From positions 11,532,001 through 11,596,000 of the forward strand of contig NC_092347.1 of NCBI RefSeq assembly GCF_963676685.1: a stretch of 64,000 nucleotides of DNA, written 5' to 3'. Made by a program: the position numbers and the translations under genes. The stretch is from Mytilus edulis. Its lineage: Eukaryota. Below are positions 25,740 to 39,400 of the stretch, in pieces. The notes beneath the pieces are model-generated. The model saw only the letters and a program-made list of their open reading frames with translations. It searched no databases and was not told the DNA's origin. Positions within the stretch are counted from its first letter, which is position 1. Each line of letters starts with the position of its first letter.

Positions 25740-28700
25740 CTCTCTGGTGACTGATATGATTTCGAAAAATTCTTTCTTATTTATTGGGTAGGCATTGAAA
25801 CGTTATGTTATTCGTTAATTTATATATCACGTAGAACTGATTGCAGATGTTATATTTTATGTAACATATACTACATTCTTTCCTTAATATACTTTCACAT
25901 GTTTAGAGAATGTCGGTGTGATTATAAACGTTACTTTCTGTGACAAATTGTGTTTGTCTACTAAAGTGTTTCCATACGGAGGAGATCAATTAGCTCCTCT
26001 GTATTTGGATACAAGACTTCCAACATAAACTTTTGATGAAAAAAAGCTAATATTAAAGTTCTTTTGTACAGTTCAAAAGAGGTTAATTAAATTTAAATAT
26101 GGGAAGTATATTGCAAATCATAGAAATTGAGTTGGGGTATTAGTAATATAATTAGAAGAAAATGTTCTGGTTCCCTGTCGGATTGCCATGTTATATATCA
26201 AATGGAGACACATCAGTAATTTTTATACCAGATAGTAGATTCATTGTTCAGTTTGGTGACGGTCAATATAAATAAACATAGAGAATCCCAATAAGTTTAC
26301 TTCGGATATCATTTCAAGATATCATGAGAATATGGAAATTGATAAGGCCTTTTAGATTAACATATGAGAGTATTAATGTATGTCTTCCTTATCCTAGCTA
26401 TATCATTGCTAGACATGGGACATCCACATGGAAGTTTGTCTGCCGTTTTTTTGTTCTTTTTTTCTTGATATTGTAAATCTTGAACTTAACTAGTTCATAT
26501 CTGACTATGAACTGACATCTTTGTCTATTCTTCATTTATATTTGAATACATTTGCAATTTATTGTTTGTTACGGTTGATATGAGTGTACAAGAAACATCA
26601 CATTGATGATAAGGATAGTCGGAGACACAAAGTTATCATGAAGATTACCGAGGAAAATGTTAATAGATAAAGAAATATAAGTTTCAAACGAATAATGTTT
26701 GAATAAAAATCAGGAAAGTATACAAACAGATGAAAGTTTGAATACTTGTAAACAAACAAACAAACAAACAAACTATCAAGTTAAGTACTTGTAATATAAT
26801 GCCTCGCTTATTGTATCTGGTAATCATTCGACAGTCAATAGAATAAAAAATCATAGGAATTTGTTATCATGATGATATAAATCCATTGTGTAAAAAAATA
26901 AAACAATCGTTGGAGCAATTGAATTGATGTGGTCGTGAAGAAAGGTAAAAATAATGTTCACTTGACAAGGACAAGGAAGGCAAAGTCCGACGTCGCAGAG
27001 CATTGAAAACCAACAAATACCGAAACAAGTATTTCCTTACATCTGAATTGTATATCATTTGTTTATTCTAGAGCAAACATTTGGTAATCACGCATTATCG
27101 AAAGGTTAAAAGCACCAATAAAGATACCGTTCCGTCTGGATAGCTTCTTTTTCATTGGAAAAATTAAGTGGTATCTTAAAGACAACCCCATTTCAAGATA
27201 CAATACATGCACTTCATCGAATATTCCACAGGTAGACAATGTTTGTGTTGAAAGCTGCAGCAGGGATTCGTATATATCTTGTGATTTGTGTGATTTTGAT
27301 ATCAAGATTCTGTCTGTGAGCAGATGATATATAGCTAAATGACTCTTTCTATGTAGATTTAATGTAACCCCTTTAAATTAATTACCTATCACTTTTCAAC
27401 TGTGCCCCTTGCATTATGAAACTGAAAGTTGTTTAATCACATTTGGTCAAATTGAAAAGGAATTGGAATACAAAAGAATAAACTTTGAGGAAAATTGACA
27501 GAAATTCATAATAACACAATTACACAATTCATAATATAAAATATAAAATGACTATTATAGAATACAAACGGAATACAATGCACACTATATTGACAATATT
27601 ATATGTTTGCCTATAAACTATGAAGATCGAGTCTAGTAAGCTATGATATACAAGTATGATGCATTAATATAATCAATTTGTAATTGATTTGTATTCCAAT
27701 ATTACGAGTCATATATATATATAGATTTTTTAAATGCTTAAACTACCTTCCTTTGTTTTGATGGCTAGGTATTGTCAAGGCTCTACAATTCGATCTCCGG
27801 AAAATGCACAATTCATTTAAATCGTTCTTATTTAAAGGTCACGAATAAAACAACAACGTTTATCTTTTGCAGTGATCTCTAACTTTAATTAACATGTACT
27901 ATATTTAAATCTTGTTGTTTTACAGAAGGAGAGGTTTGTTTCACATCGACAAGTGAGTTATATACATTTTTGTTATTATTCGAAGTTTCCTAATTAAGAT
28001 GGTTCAATTGTGACCCCAGTATTTTATAATTTATGTACATGAAAAATGACAATACTATATGTCTAACATTGCAAGAGTAGACACGTTTCAAATGCAGAAA
28101 TGGTCGAAAATTGCATTATTTCTATAGGAGAAAATGAGCATTGGAACTTTCTATATCGTATGATAATATCCCTTATAACTGAAATAATCATTTGATTTCA
28201 CCGCCAACAACGTACTTTGACTCTGTCAGTTACTATTTTTATTTGTTCATACTTTTTGGTTTTAAAAACCACTGTTGATACAGTTTTCACAACACATACC
28301 CGCATTTAGATCAGAGATTGGCCAAACGAATGAAGCACGAAATGTTAGACATGACTGTATGTTGAACGCGTGTTGAACGAAATGCATTGTTGCGCAATTG
28401 AATGATGATGTACGTATGGTGTATGATGAGTTTATAAACAATTGAATAATACTGAATGCACTAATTTTAAACATGATAATATGTCGAGATAAACGTCAGT
28501 ATTTAAAGCCACAATTCAGATTAATACGCGACTTTGATATAATCAATGATATCATATTCAACGTAATCAATATGTTAAGTATCATATTTTATCATTTTAA
28601 AATATAATTAAAAACAGATTAACTCAAAATAAACAAAAGACCCTTTTTTTTAATATATAAATAATTGAAATATGAAATGTAAATATTTCCATGATAGCAG

Positions 28701-30413
28701 GTTCATTCATGCCTTCAACACGTGTGCCTTCATTGTGTCTCATGGATATGGGTTGATAACCGTGGCGGAGCTAATTCGAAAAATGTACCCTCGTTCATGA
28801 ACTATCATGAAAAACGAATCAGTTTCCACGTTTAAAAGAAATTTGTAAAAAAAAATCATCAAATATTTCATGATAGCAGGTTCACATTTGCAAGATATAT
28901 GCGAAATTCCTGTGAAAATTCGGGAACTGTGTTAAAAAAAACAATAGGCTGAATTGATCACACAAGTTAAGTTGCTTCCCCCGAAATCTGGAGGATCATT
29001 CCAGGCCCCCCTGCTCAATATCCATACTATAAGCCGGCTTGAGAATTCGCCTACCTCCCCCTAAATGTCGTGTGTTGTAGTGGCTAAGACAACATGATTA
29101 CTTCAAATTTCTGATTCATATCATCCTTGTTTTCAATATCAACGACTCATAACATTCAAAAACAAGCAAAAAAAGGTTAGGACAAATTTGTGTTTACAGC
29201 ATTTTACAATATCAGATTCATAATGGCAAAAATATAGAAGACATATTAAACGAGTTTCGTGAAATTTGAATTTTGACGAAATCATTGAACCAATGCATGC
29301 CTTAACTAAAAAAAAAGTCTTGCATGTACGTTTAAAAAAAAAGTATTTAATACACATCTATAATGTATTATCGACACATAATATTTCATTCAGTGGTCGC
29401 AAGTGATTAACTTTCAAGTGTGTTGCCGAAGTTTACTGGATCTTGACTTTGATAAACGATAATGTCATTTGTTGTATAAGAATTTTTAATTTTTATTTAC
29501 CTCCAAGAGCACGTGTTTACATTTTTCCATCATAGTTTTCCCCTCGTACCTGCACTGTGACTAGCGGACCGACTAGTTACTGGAAAGTTGAAAATTTCAA
29601 TGGGATTTATTCTAGTTCACTGCATTTTGGAAGTGTATTCTATTTTATAGAATACAATCCATGTAATGTCTATTAACAAACTAAAAAGAGAATTATAGCG
29701 CGAGAATATACAAATCAACAGGGTTTCTTTAATTACAATTAGCTGCTTTTAAATGCTAAATTTCACAAAAAAACGTGTAAATTTCGATATTGTATCAAAA
29801 CTAACTTTAGCAATGATAACTAGGGCTGAATTACATTTTGATATTTTTTATTTTATGCATGTTTAGTTTAAACATATTCATTTATAGTGGATTGGGAAAG
29901 AAGTTATTGCAACTTATAAAAATCCCTTTCCCCTTTAAGGGTGCGAGTGCTGCCTTGTAGTGGCATTAGCCTGCTCTTTTTCGAAATCTACAAGGGTGTC
30001 TTTATGCATGTGTAAAATTATCTTCAATTTGTAATGTTCAATTTATAATACTTTTTGTACAGGTTTTCAAGCTCAAGACATGATTTGAACGATACTCATA
30101 CTGACACCCATACAGTAATAAAAGTACGGATCATATCAAAATATCAAAACAATCTCAATGAAGAGAGGCAAACAATGATATAGAGATATTCAAACTTATT
30201 AGTCGACAACAAACTAACGACACCATGATATTTAATCTTGAATTGAAAAAAAACCCAGTTAACTGCCAAGTATAATAAATTATTTTTTATAAAACCTTGA
30301 TAGTATATTTTTTATACAGATATGGCAGATCAAATTAGATATCGAAAGATACGAAAAATATTACCGAACCAGTGATAAAGCCAGGAAATTTGGACTGTTA
30401 ACAGACAGGAAAA

Positions 30414-33400
30414 ATGGCAAATACCAATCCAATACTGAATCAGAATCACGAAAATGCATCAAATGTAAATGAATCATTTGAAACAGCTTTGATAAATGAA
30501 CTATTTCGAGGACGATCGCGACCTCCGAAACTAGTTTTGTCAATAATTGGTGATTCTAGTAGTTTTGTTCCGAAGCCTTGGTTAATACCTGTATTGAAAA
30601 CTGGAATAATAGCCACTGCAAAGGGTGCTAAAGGTATTTCACACTTGTTTTACTTCATTTCAGTGTTATTCTCTGAGGCAATAGTATTTTGAAAATATTC
30701 AACTATCAAAAATGTATCAACATGATCAAAATGATACTAAATTCAAGAACTTTAAAAGAATCAAAACAACTGGGTGCTTTGACTAGGTAGACGTATTTCG
30801 TTATCCATGCTCCACACGCTATGAAAATATACACTGAGTCAAAATTTCACAGTCAGTAATCGGACACAATCGCTTAATTATAATAAATCCTGCTATCCAA
30901 AATCTACGACCACGTTAACAAGTGGCTAGTGAGTTAAGAACAAGGCCAACTGTATCAGTCAAACGATTCGTGATAATTATGGTACACGTTAAACTTATGT
31001 AGTTTCTAGTTCCGTCGCTCTTCTTCATAACTATAAAGTTTTTTTTCCCTCAAAGAAACACATACCTGTAATTATATGTAACGTATTGAAATAGTCTAGT
31101 TCTGATAAGATTTTGAGAAAAATCGGAAGAATTTGTTAAAATCCATGTCTTTTTGTTACCGTTGGTCAAATAAACTTCATAACCATGTTTCTGAAGGCAG
31201 TAGGAAAAATGTAAATGACAAAATCTTAACTATCAGGTTATATGTTAGGTTTTAAAGGATTGTCGATGAGTTAAGGTCTGCTGGAAATGTTTTGCGTATA
31301 GGTAGAATGAAGTATCCCCAATCTCGGGCTTCTAGAAACGGTGTTCTTTGTACATCATTATTTTTGAATTTCAATCTGAATGAACGAACAGCCTCGCTTT
31401 GTTAAGTGTCCACATTTGTTATATCTTGCTCCTACTTTACCTATTTTCTGGAATAGTCACCAAAGAGAGGCGAAAGATATCGAAGTAACATTCAAATACA
31501 TAAGTCAAAAATAAACTTACAAAACCAAGGGAAAATAAAAAAGATGATAATTTTTGTGTTATTTGGTCTCTCATGGAAAGTTAATCATACCTCATCTTTT
31601 TATTCAGAATAAGCAATGTATTAGACGCCAGTATCTTTGTTATATGTAATAATTATCGTAATAGTGATATTTGGTTTATGTCTGAATCGACGGTTTATCT
31701 CAGTTTTCATAACATTCCATAACAACTCAATATTCTATTTAATAGATTACTTAATATTATACAAAGGATCAACTGAAAGAATAAGCTCCATTGTGAAGGA
31801 AGCAATAGATGACTTATGGTATTTACGAGAAGATGAAAAAGCAGACAATGTACCAGAAGATAACAAGTTTAAGGTCAACTTAAAATCAGTAGTGAGTCTT
31901 AAAAACAAAAAGCTATGGTTTGTTCCTATTTCATTGTTGTCATTATTGGTTCATATTGAGGACATGCCCCTTTATTTTTTTAAAAAGAACATCCCAGTTA
32001 TCTCTAATTATCATACCGGGTGCAAGTATATGAGAATACAAATGCAAGTAGGATATTACTATATTGGAAGACAAATTTGTTGGATGAAAGGCGTGAAAAA
32101 AAGACAAATAAGTTTTATGAAAGCTAAGTTCAATGATAAGAAACTTTGGAAAGGATAAGAAAATTATTTCCAAATATCCAGCAGTTGTTGATCAGTAAGT
32201 TCTACCTGTTTTACACCTTACGTACTATATCAACCTCTTCAACACATTAAGCGCATCTACCACCAGTCAATATTCTTGGATGCTCATTCATAGAGGAACC
32301 ATTGGACGACGAGAAAGCACCATTTTAGTTTCAATTTGACAAAATGCATTTAGACTACAATATATGTAGTAATAACCAAGAATCACGATTTAGAGGGATA
32401 AATAAGAAAGAAACATCAAAAGCAAAAAGCATGGATATAAAAATTTAACCAATAGAAACAAATTATGAAGACGAAGAAATTTTGAAAAAAGGAAATAACA
32501 TTATAACGATTTGTGAGGGATTACTTATATACTTGGTGAACACAAACGGCTATTTAAAAAAAATAACTTAGTTGTAATTGACAGTTTGTACATGTATTGT
32601 ACTATTTTCGATTTTCATATATATTTGTACCTTTCATTGGTCATAATGACCTTACAATTTGTATTTTTTAATTTGAAAGAAAACCTTTTTAATACAATTA
32701 AAAGCTACACTTACGAAATGTTTTATTCAGATACAGTTGAAACGTGCTTTAGGTAAAAAGACGATATTTGCCATGTTTCACGCTCAAACTATGAAAATCA
32801 TTGCTGAAAAAGAAATAAAGTTTATGACACTTGAAGAAAATAAAGCTCGTAAGTAGATTTAAACAATAAATGTCTTTAAAAAAATTTCCTGAAGCTTTCA
32901 GACGTTAGCTTATGCAAAATGAATCTTTATCATATTTTTTTTTATTAACATAGTGAAACACATTTGCACACAATGTGACGGCAATGCAAGAAGTATATGA
33001 GCTTAATTCTCTCTAAGGAATTACAATACAAACTGCATAGTACTTAAGTAAATATATATATATTGGAAATTTTTAGAGAAACATAAGTACCTAGCTGGTT
33101 TAATAGGCATACACATTAGATATTAGTAGATTACAATCTGTAATAAACAACAAACCTGAAACAGTATAGAACCATGAAGAAATCTCAATTATAAATTTAT
33201 GTCAAACACAACTTGTACAATAAGTTTTAGGGATACATCTAATTTCGGTGTGTATTTCGAATATTTTTTTTTTTTATTATTTCCGTTTTCAAATCCGCAC
33301 CCCAAAAATGTCATCCTATTCTAAAAGGAAGTGTAACTCTTAATGAATGTACCCAACAACGAATAATTTTAGAATATTAGAAAAGACACTTTATTCTTAA

Positions 33401-36400
33401 ATGTTTGATTTATTACAGTTATCTGGAGATTGCCCGTTCTAACAGTTGTCGCCGAGGGCGACTTATATACAGTAGACGCAATAGTTCAGGTTCTTAAAAG
33501 TGATCTACCAGTTCTATTGCTGAAAGGATCTGGAAAAGCAGCGGATTTTGTGGCTGGTTTCATAGAGGAGTAAGTCAATTCAATTTCATAACAAATTCTT
33601 AAACATGTTAAAGTCTGCTGAATTAGATACCTTTTACGAACAATAAGAAGAAGTTATATTTCTATATTTATGTCGTTTGCTCATTAGATATAGAATTATA
33701 TAATGCGTAATATTAAAGCAGCAATAGTTTCGTCATTTGATTTTGCCATGTGGTTAGGGACTTTCCGATTAGATTTTCCACTGAGTTCAGAATTTTTTTC
33801 AGATTTCACTTTTTTACTGACGTTACATTGCCTAATTTCAGCATATTTATGATGTACATTAACTTCATATCTTTATCTTACATTAGATATGGAAACGATA
33901 GTTCTGATTCAAGCATTGAGAAATATATTAAAGAAAAATCAGCAATATTGTTTGGAATAGTATCTCCAAAAGATAAAAGTCTCAACAAACTTAAAGCAGG
34001 ATTGAAATGCATTCATGAATACAAATTTTTGGTAAGTAACACTTAACTGTAGAAATGAACAATTTCTGTTACAAATGTATCATTATTAACACCTGATTAA
34101 AAAGTTGAAATTCATCTTTCGTTTTGTAAACAAAGCAGTTTGTTATTAAAACCAAGCCATATATCAAAAAGTAAAATCACTAAAATACTGAACTCAGAGG
34201 AAAATCAATTCGGAAAGTCCATAATCACATGGCAAAATCAAATAACAAAACGCATCAAAAACGAATAGACAAGAACTGTCATATTCCTGACTTGGTACAG
34301 GCATTTTAAAATGTAGAAAATGTTGGAATGAACCTGGTTTTATAGCTAGCTAAACCTCTCACTTGTATGACAGTGGTATCACATTCCATTATATTGTCAC
34401 CGATGCTTGAACAAAACAAACAGACACAATAGTCAAAAATTTCAAACATAGGGGTACAGCAGTCAACATTGTGTTATCATATTAATCACTATTAAAACAA
34501 CAAATGTAACGAAGAAGCACAAAAAGGCATACATCAAATAAACATCCTCATTTTGATTATATTATACGATTTTATTTGTCTATGTAAAATGCACCCATCA
34601 AGGAAGGAGGGTTCTGAGTACTAGTGTAAAATTGCGCGATTGAAATTCGCACAGGTAGACATGAAATGATTTTGTCGCTCAAAGTATGACGGGATGCATA
34701 AATACAGTCACGCAAAATAGATATAATAAAAAATGGCTAAACAGTATAAAGTAATTATAAATAAAATAATAGTGTGGTTCAAAGTATGACGGGATACATG
34801 AGTACAGAGTCACGTCAAATGTATATCACAAAAAAAGTGGTTTAACAGTAAAAGAACTGTTAATAAATAAAATAATTTTGTCATTAAGATACATAGGTAC
34901 AGAGTCACATCATAAAATAATTTTGTCGTTCAAAGTATGATGGGATACATAAGCACAGAGTTAAGTCAAAAAGGATATCTAAAAAAAACAGACTTAACAG
35001 TAAAAGTAATATAATAAAGACAAATAAAAGAATAATATAACACGTTATTAAAATGATAAACAACGTCAGTACGCAAAATCTATACTTCAAGACCATCGTG
35101 TATTATTTGTGAAGTTGATACGGAATATTTATCAACAAGTTGTATATTCAAATGTATATTCTTTCGGGATTGTTCGCCCTGAAATTTAATTCTATCGTTT
35201 AAAAACGATATTGTTGATATACATCGTACACTTTGAATTTTGAATACACTTTGAATTTTGAAAAGATTAGCCATTTAATATATAAAAAAGAAGAGGTGGT
35301 ATGATTGCCAATGAGACAACTGTCCACAAGAGACCAAAATGACACTCACATTAACAACTATAGATTACCGTACGGCCTTCAACAATGAGCAAAGCTCATA
35401 CCACATAGTCAGCTATAAAAGGCCCCGATAAGACAATGTAAACAATTCAAACGAGAAAAACTAACGGCCTTATTTATATAAAAAAAATGAACGAAAAACA
35501 AATATGTAACTCATAAACAAACAACAACCACTGAATAACAGGCTCCTGAATTGGGACAGGCACATTCATAAATAATGTGGCAGGGTTAAACATGTTAGCG
35601 GGATCCCAACCCTCCCCTAACCTGGGACAGTGGTATAACAGTTCAAAATAAGAACGAACTGTAAAAATCAGTTGAAAAATGCTTAACTCATCAGATGGAC
35701 AAAAATACAAGTGGATGTGACCGGTATATTATACATCCCGACACAAAAAGACACAATGAACAAATCTGAGAGTACTTGCAGTTATCTGACAGCTAGTTCA
35801 AAGCCACTAACAACTAATAAAAAATGATGCATCTTAGACTAAACTATCAATCCGTACACATCCAACATCCAATGGATTTAGTGTAAAGACGTCATAAACA
35901 GCCAGAGAAAAACATGACCTTGTGCAAAGCCAAGTTACAGGTATTGACAGATTGTAGATCCATTAATATGTATATGTATATAACATACTAGTGATAAAAA
36001 ATGAGGATGTGCTATCCTGTTTGAAATAATTTCTCTACAGGTACAACCAAACTTCAAAGCCAAATCTTTATATCTATGGGAAAATTTAGTAAAGGTTTTA
36101 TGTAATTTATGGTAACGATATCCCTGGTTTAGTAATTTACCAGTAAGACATAAATTGCGTTCGTTAAAATAAAAAACGTCACAACAGACACGGGCATAGC
36201 GAACGAGCTGTAAAATATAAACATCGTAAGATGGTGCCAAAGGAACATCACCATCTTAAAATGGAAAATTAATAATAGGGAACGAAAAATCGTCTCTTTT
36301 GTCGTAAATTTTAGTGTGGAGTGTCCCGTTTAAAACCGAAATATCTAAATCCTGTAAAGGATAGTTATTACAGAACAAATTTAATCTATTTACAGTAAGT

Positions 36401-39400
36401 TCATTGGGGTAAATTTCAGCAGTGTATTGAAAAAATTCTTGAATATTTAACGAAAAAATATCAAGATAACGGTAAAATTGTTGTTGAATTTATCAATTAA
36501 ATGCAATTTCGACGGGTTTTTCCTGAGTTTAGTCATAAACTGTGATTCTTAACAGTACAAAAACAAGTCTGCTATTAATGGGACACCATTAGTGCCCATG
36601 GGGATACATACAACCTGTCGATAAGCATGATAAGCATGTTGTTTCATAGAAAATAAATATCGGTAAATGCACAAACAAACCAATATAACTGTTTAAAAAT
36701 GTGTAAACCGATACTTCAGATATAATACTATATGAAGGAGACTTTTTTTTTTTATTAAAATCAACAGTAATTCAAAAATAAAATGTGGTATCTAAATTTC
36801 AATTACATAATAGCCTATTAATATTTATTTTAGTTTATAAAAAACTTGTTATATCACATATTATGTATTAACTTTTTTACTTAAGAGGTGTAATGTAATT
36901 TGTCAGTTTTAAGATAATTTGAAACCATGTTAAAATTCATTTCTATTCCACTAAATATATTGGTTCTACATAATCCTGTATTATACAATTATATGTTTAT
37001 ATATTTTTGCCGAAAGCGTGATTTTAGTCGAACGTTGGTGTTAGAGTTGGTTAGCGCACCGGGCACAGTGCGATTTAAGCATGCATTCGAATCCTAGCCA
37101 GGTTAAAATATATTTGCGAAAATCTAACATTGTAATGGACTGTTATTAAGACGGATTATATATACAGCATGGGTTTTCAGCCTTGTATTCATCATTGGTG
37201 ATCTCATGAATAAAATCTGGAATAGTAGTAGAGTTGTCACTGTTTCAGAAGTACTTATAATATAATTATTTCTGTGACTGCATCCTACATTAATTTGTAA
37301 GTACGAATCCCTGTCAGGGAAGACCAAAAATTTGCAGATCTAATATTTTCGGGCTGTTATTTAGACGAATTATATACATAAACATATATGTATTGTTAAA
37401 ATTATTGACACTGACGAAGGATATTTGTTAAGCCGAAATATTTGTCAAAACGATTTTATAACATCATCTTTGTATATTACCAACTTATATTAGTATCGTT
37501 GTGCAAATCTTTATATTTTAAAAATAGAAACTAAAACTAGTCTACGATTTTGTACTTCGATTGAAGTAATTTCATGTCATGTTATTTGTGCGGCGCTATA
37601 GATGAAGGAATTACTGGGTTTTTTTTCGAAACTGCAATTGACAATATTTTTATATTTTTTTGTTTACAAGATAACCATCCTTGATATAAACAAAGACACT
37701 AAACCATCACACTTCACAGATTCGGTAACTACATCAATTATTCGTGGATGGTCACATATATCAAGAGATGGATTGTCAAATGGCGGACGTTTCAACTCTA
37801 CAGATAGCTCAGAGAGTAAAGGAACTGAAGGTATTTTTGATAAAAAATATAATTAATAAAAAAAAAACATGCTTTTATTTGGAAAAATTCAGGCTTAAAT
37901 CAGAATGCCGTTTTGAAGTTATTGCTAAACTCGTTTGAAAATGGTTTTCATTGAACCTCCTACATGTTACGACAACTTTATAGTTCATTTATGAATGCTT
38001 ACTCGCAATTTCTAAATTTTTAGAGGACCCGGATATAACTCAGCCCTGTGAGAGTAATCGGAAACTACCAACGCTAACCAACGGAATAAGAAATAACGTT
38101 GTCAAGAAAAAAACCTTACACAATTCTATACCAGTGACAGAAAATTCCCTCCAAATATCTACAATTAATACAGGGACATTTATGGAAAAATATCAAGCTA
38201 CTTTGAGTCCTGCATCGTTACCACTATTCTATTATATTGCATACCAGACTATTCAAGATATGGAAAAAAGAAACAAAACACAGGTAATAATAATCAGATA
38301 ATTAAAGAATGATTGTAATATATTGTCTATCTGTTTGGAAAAAAAACCCTCAAATGCGGTGCACATTGACTAACCCGCTTCTATGTTGGTTATTTTAAAA
38401 GTGTGCAAATTGTTTTGTTATAAATATGTCGCAATGTTTTAATTTGAATTATTTCTCATTAAATTATCTCTTTTATTTTTGAGACTATAATTGCATACAG
38501 CCACTTGATTTGCATTTCAGTGTATAGTCATCTCATTGGGAATCATACCCACACATCTTATTTTCATACTACCAACAAGATAAATGGTACCTTGAAAAAA
38601 AATAGAATAAAAAACGGTACATTTGTTTAAAAGCAGTGTTCTAATGTGACTATTAATAAAGGCCTAGGAAGCTAGCTAAAGTAGCAATATATATAGTTTG
38701 GATACCGGTGCTCAAGAATATGAAATAAAAAACAACACTCCAGCAGTGAACCAGGTTTTCAAAACAATATCACTTTGATGAAGTGTTTTCAAAACTGAAA
38801 CCACACCTCGATGAAGTGTTTTCAATATCCAAAATCAATAGAAGTGTTTGTCTCTTTGTTCATTTTTCTCATTTTCACCAGAATTTCAAGATCCTTCTTA
38901 AAGAAGCGATTATTGCTGATAGGCATGAGTATGTGTCTGTTTTGTTGGAAGAACATAAGGTTCGAATAGGTTTCAATCAAGTTTCCGACATATATCAGGT
39001 ATGTAAACAATAGTGTTTTAACCAGAACCAAACTTATTATACAAAGATTGAATAAAGTATAAGTAGGTCAAGTTTCCATGTTCAGTTCAGTCATTAATTG
39101 TTGACACATACATACTATCACTGCACTTATCTTGTTCTTACTTAATAAATTTTCAAATTTACTTAAGGTTATTAAATACTAAAATGTTTCAGTGAATAAA
39201 CACTATATTGTCTAAATATAATACGTACTTGAATTTACCACAGTAATATATATATATATATATTATATGAAAAATAGTCGGAAGTCTAAACAAGACATTT
39301 CATGTTATATTCTTACATTTCTTGTGTTAAACGTAAAATGACTGTATATGTATCAACCCATTCAAAGTAAAACCATCTAGGATATAACACATTTAGAAGT

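Noticed and set aside
25333-25791. 152-aa plus-strand ORF
   Set aside because: Antisense shadow of the IgGFc gene's exon 1.
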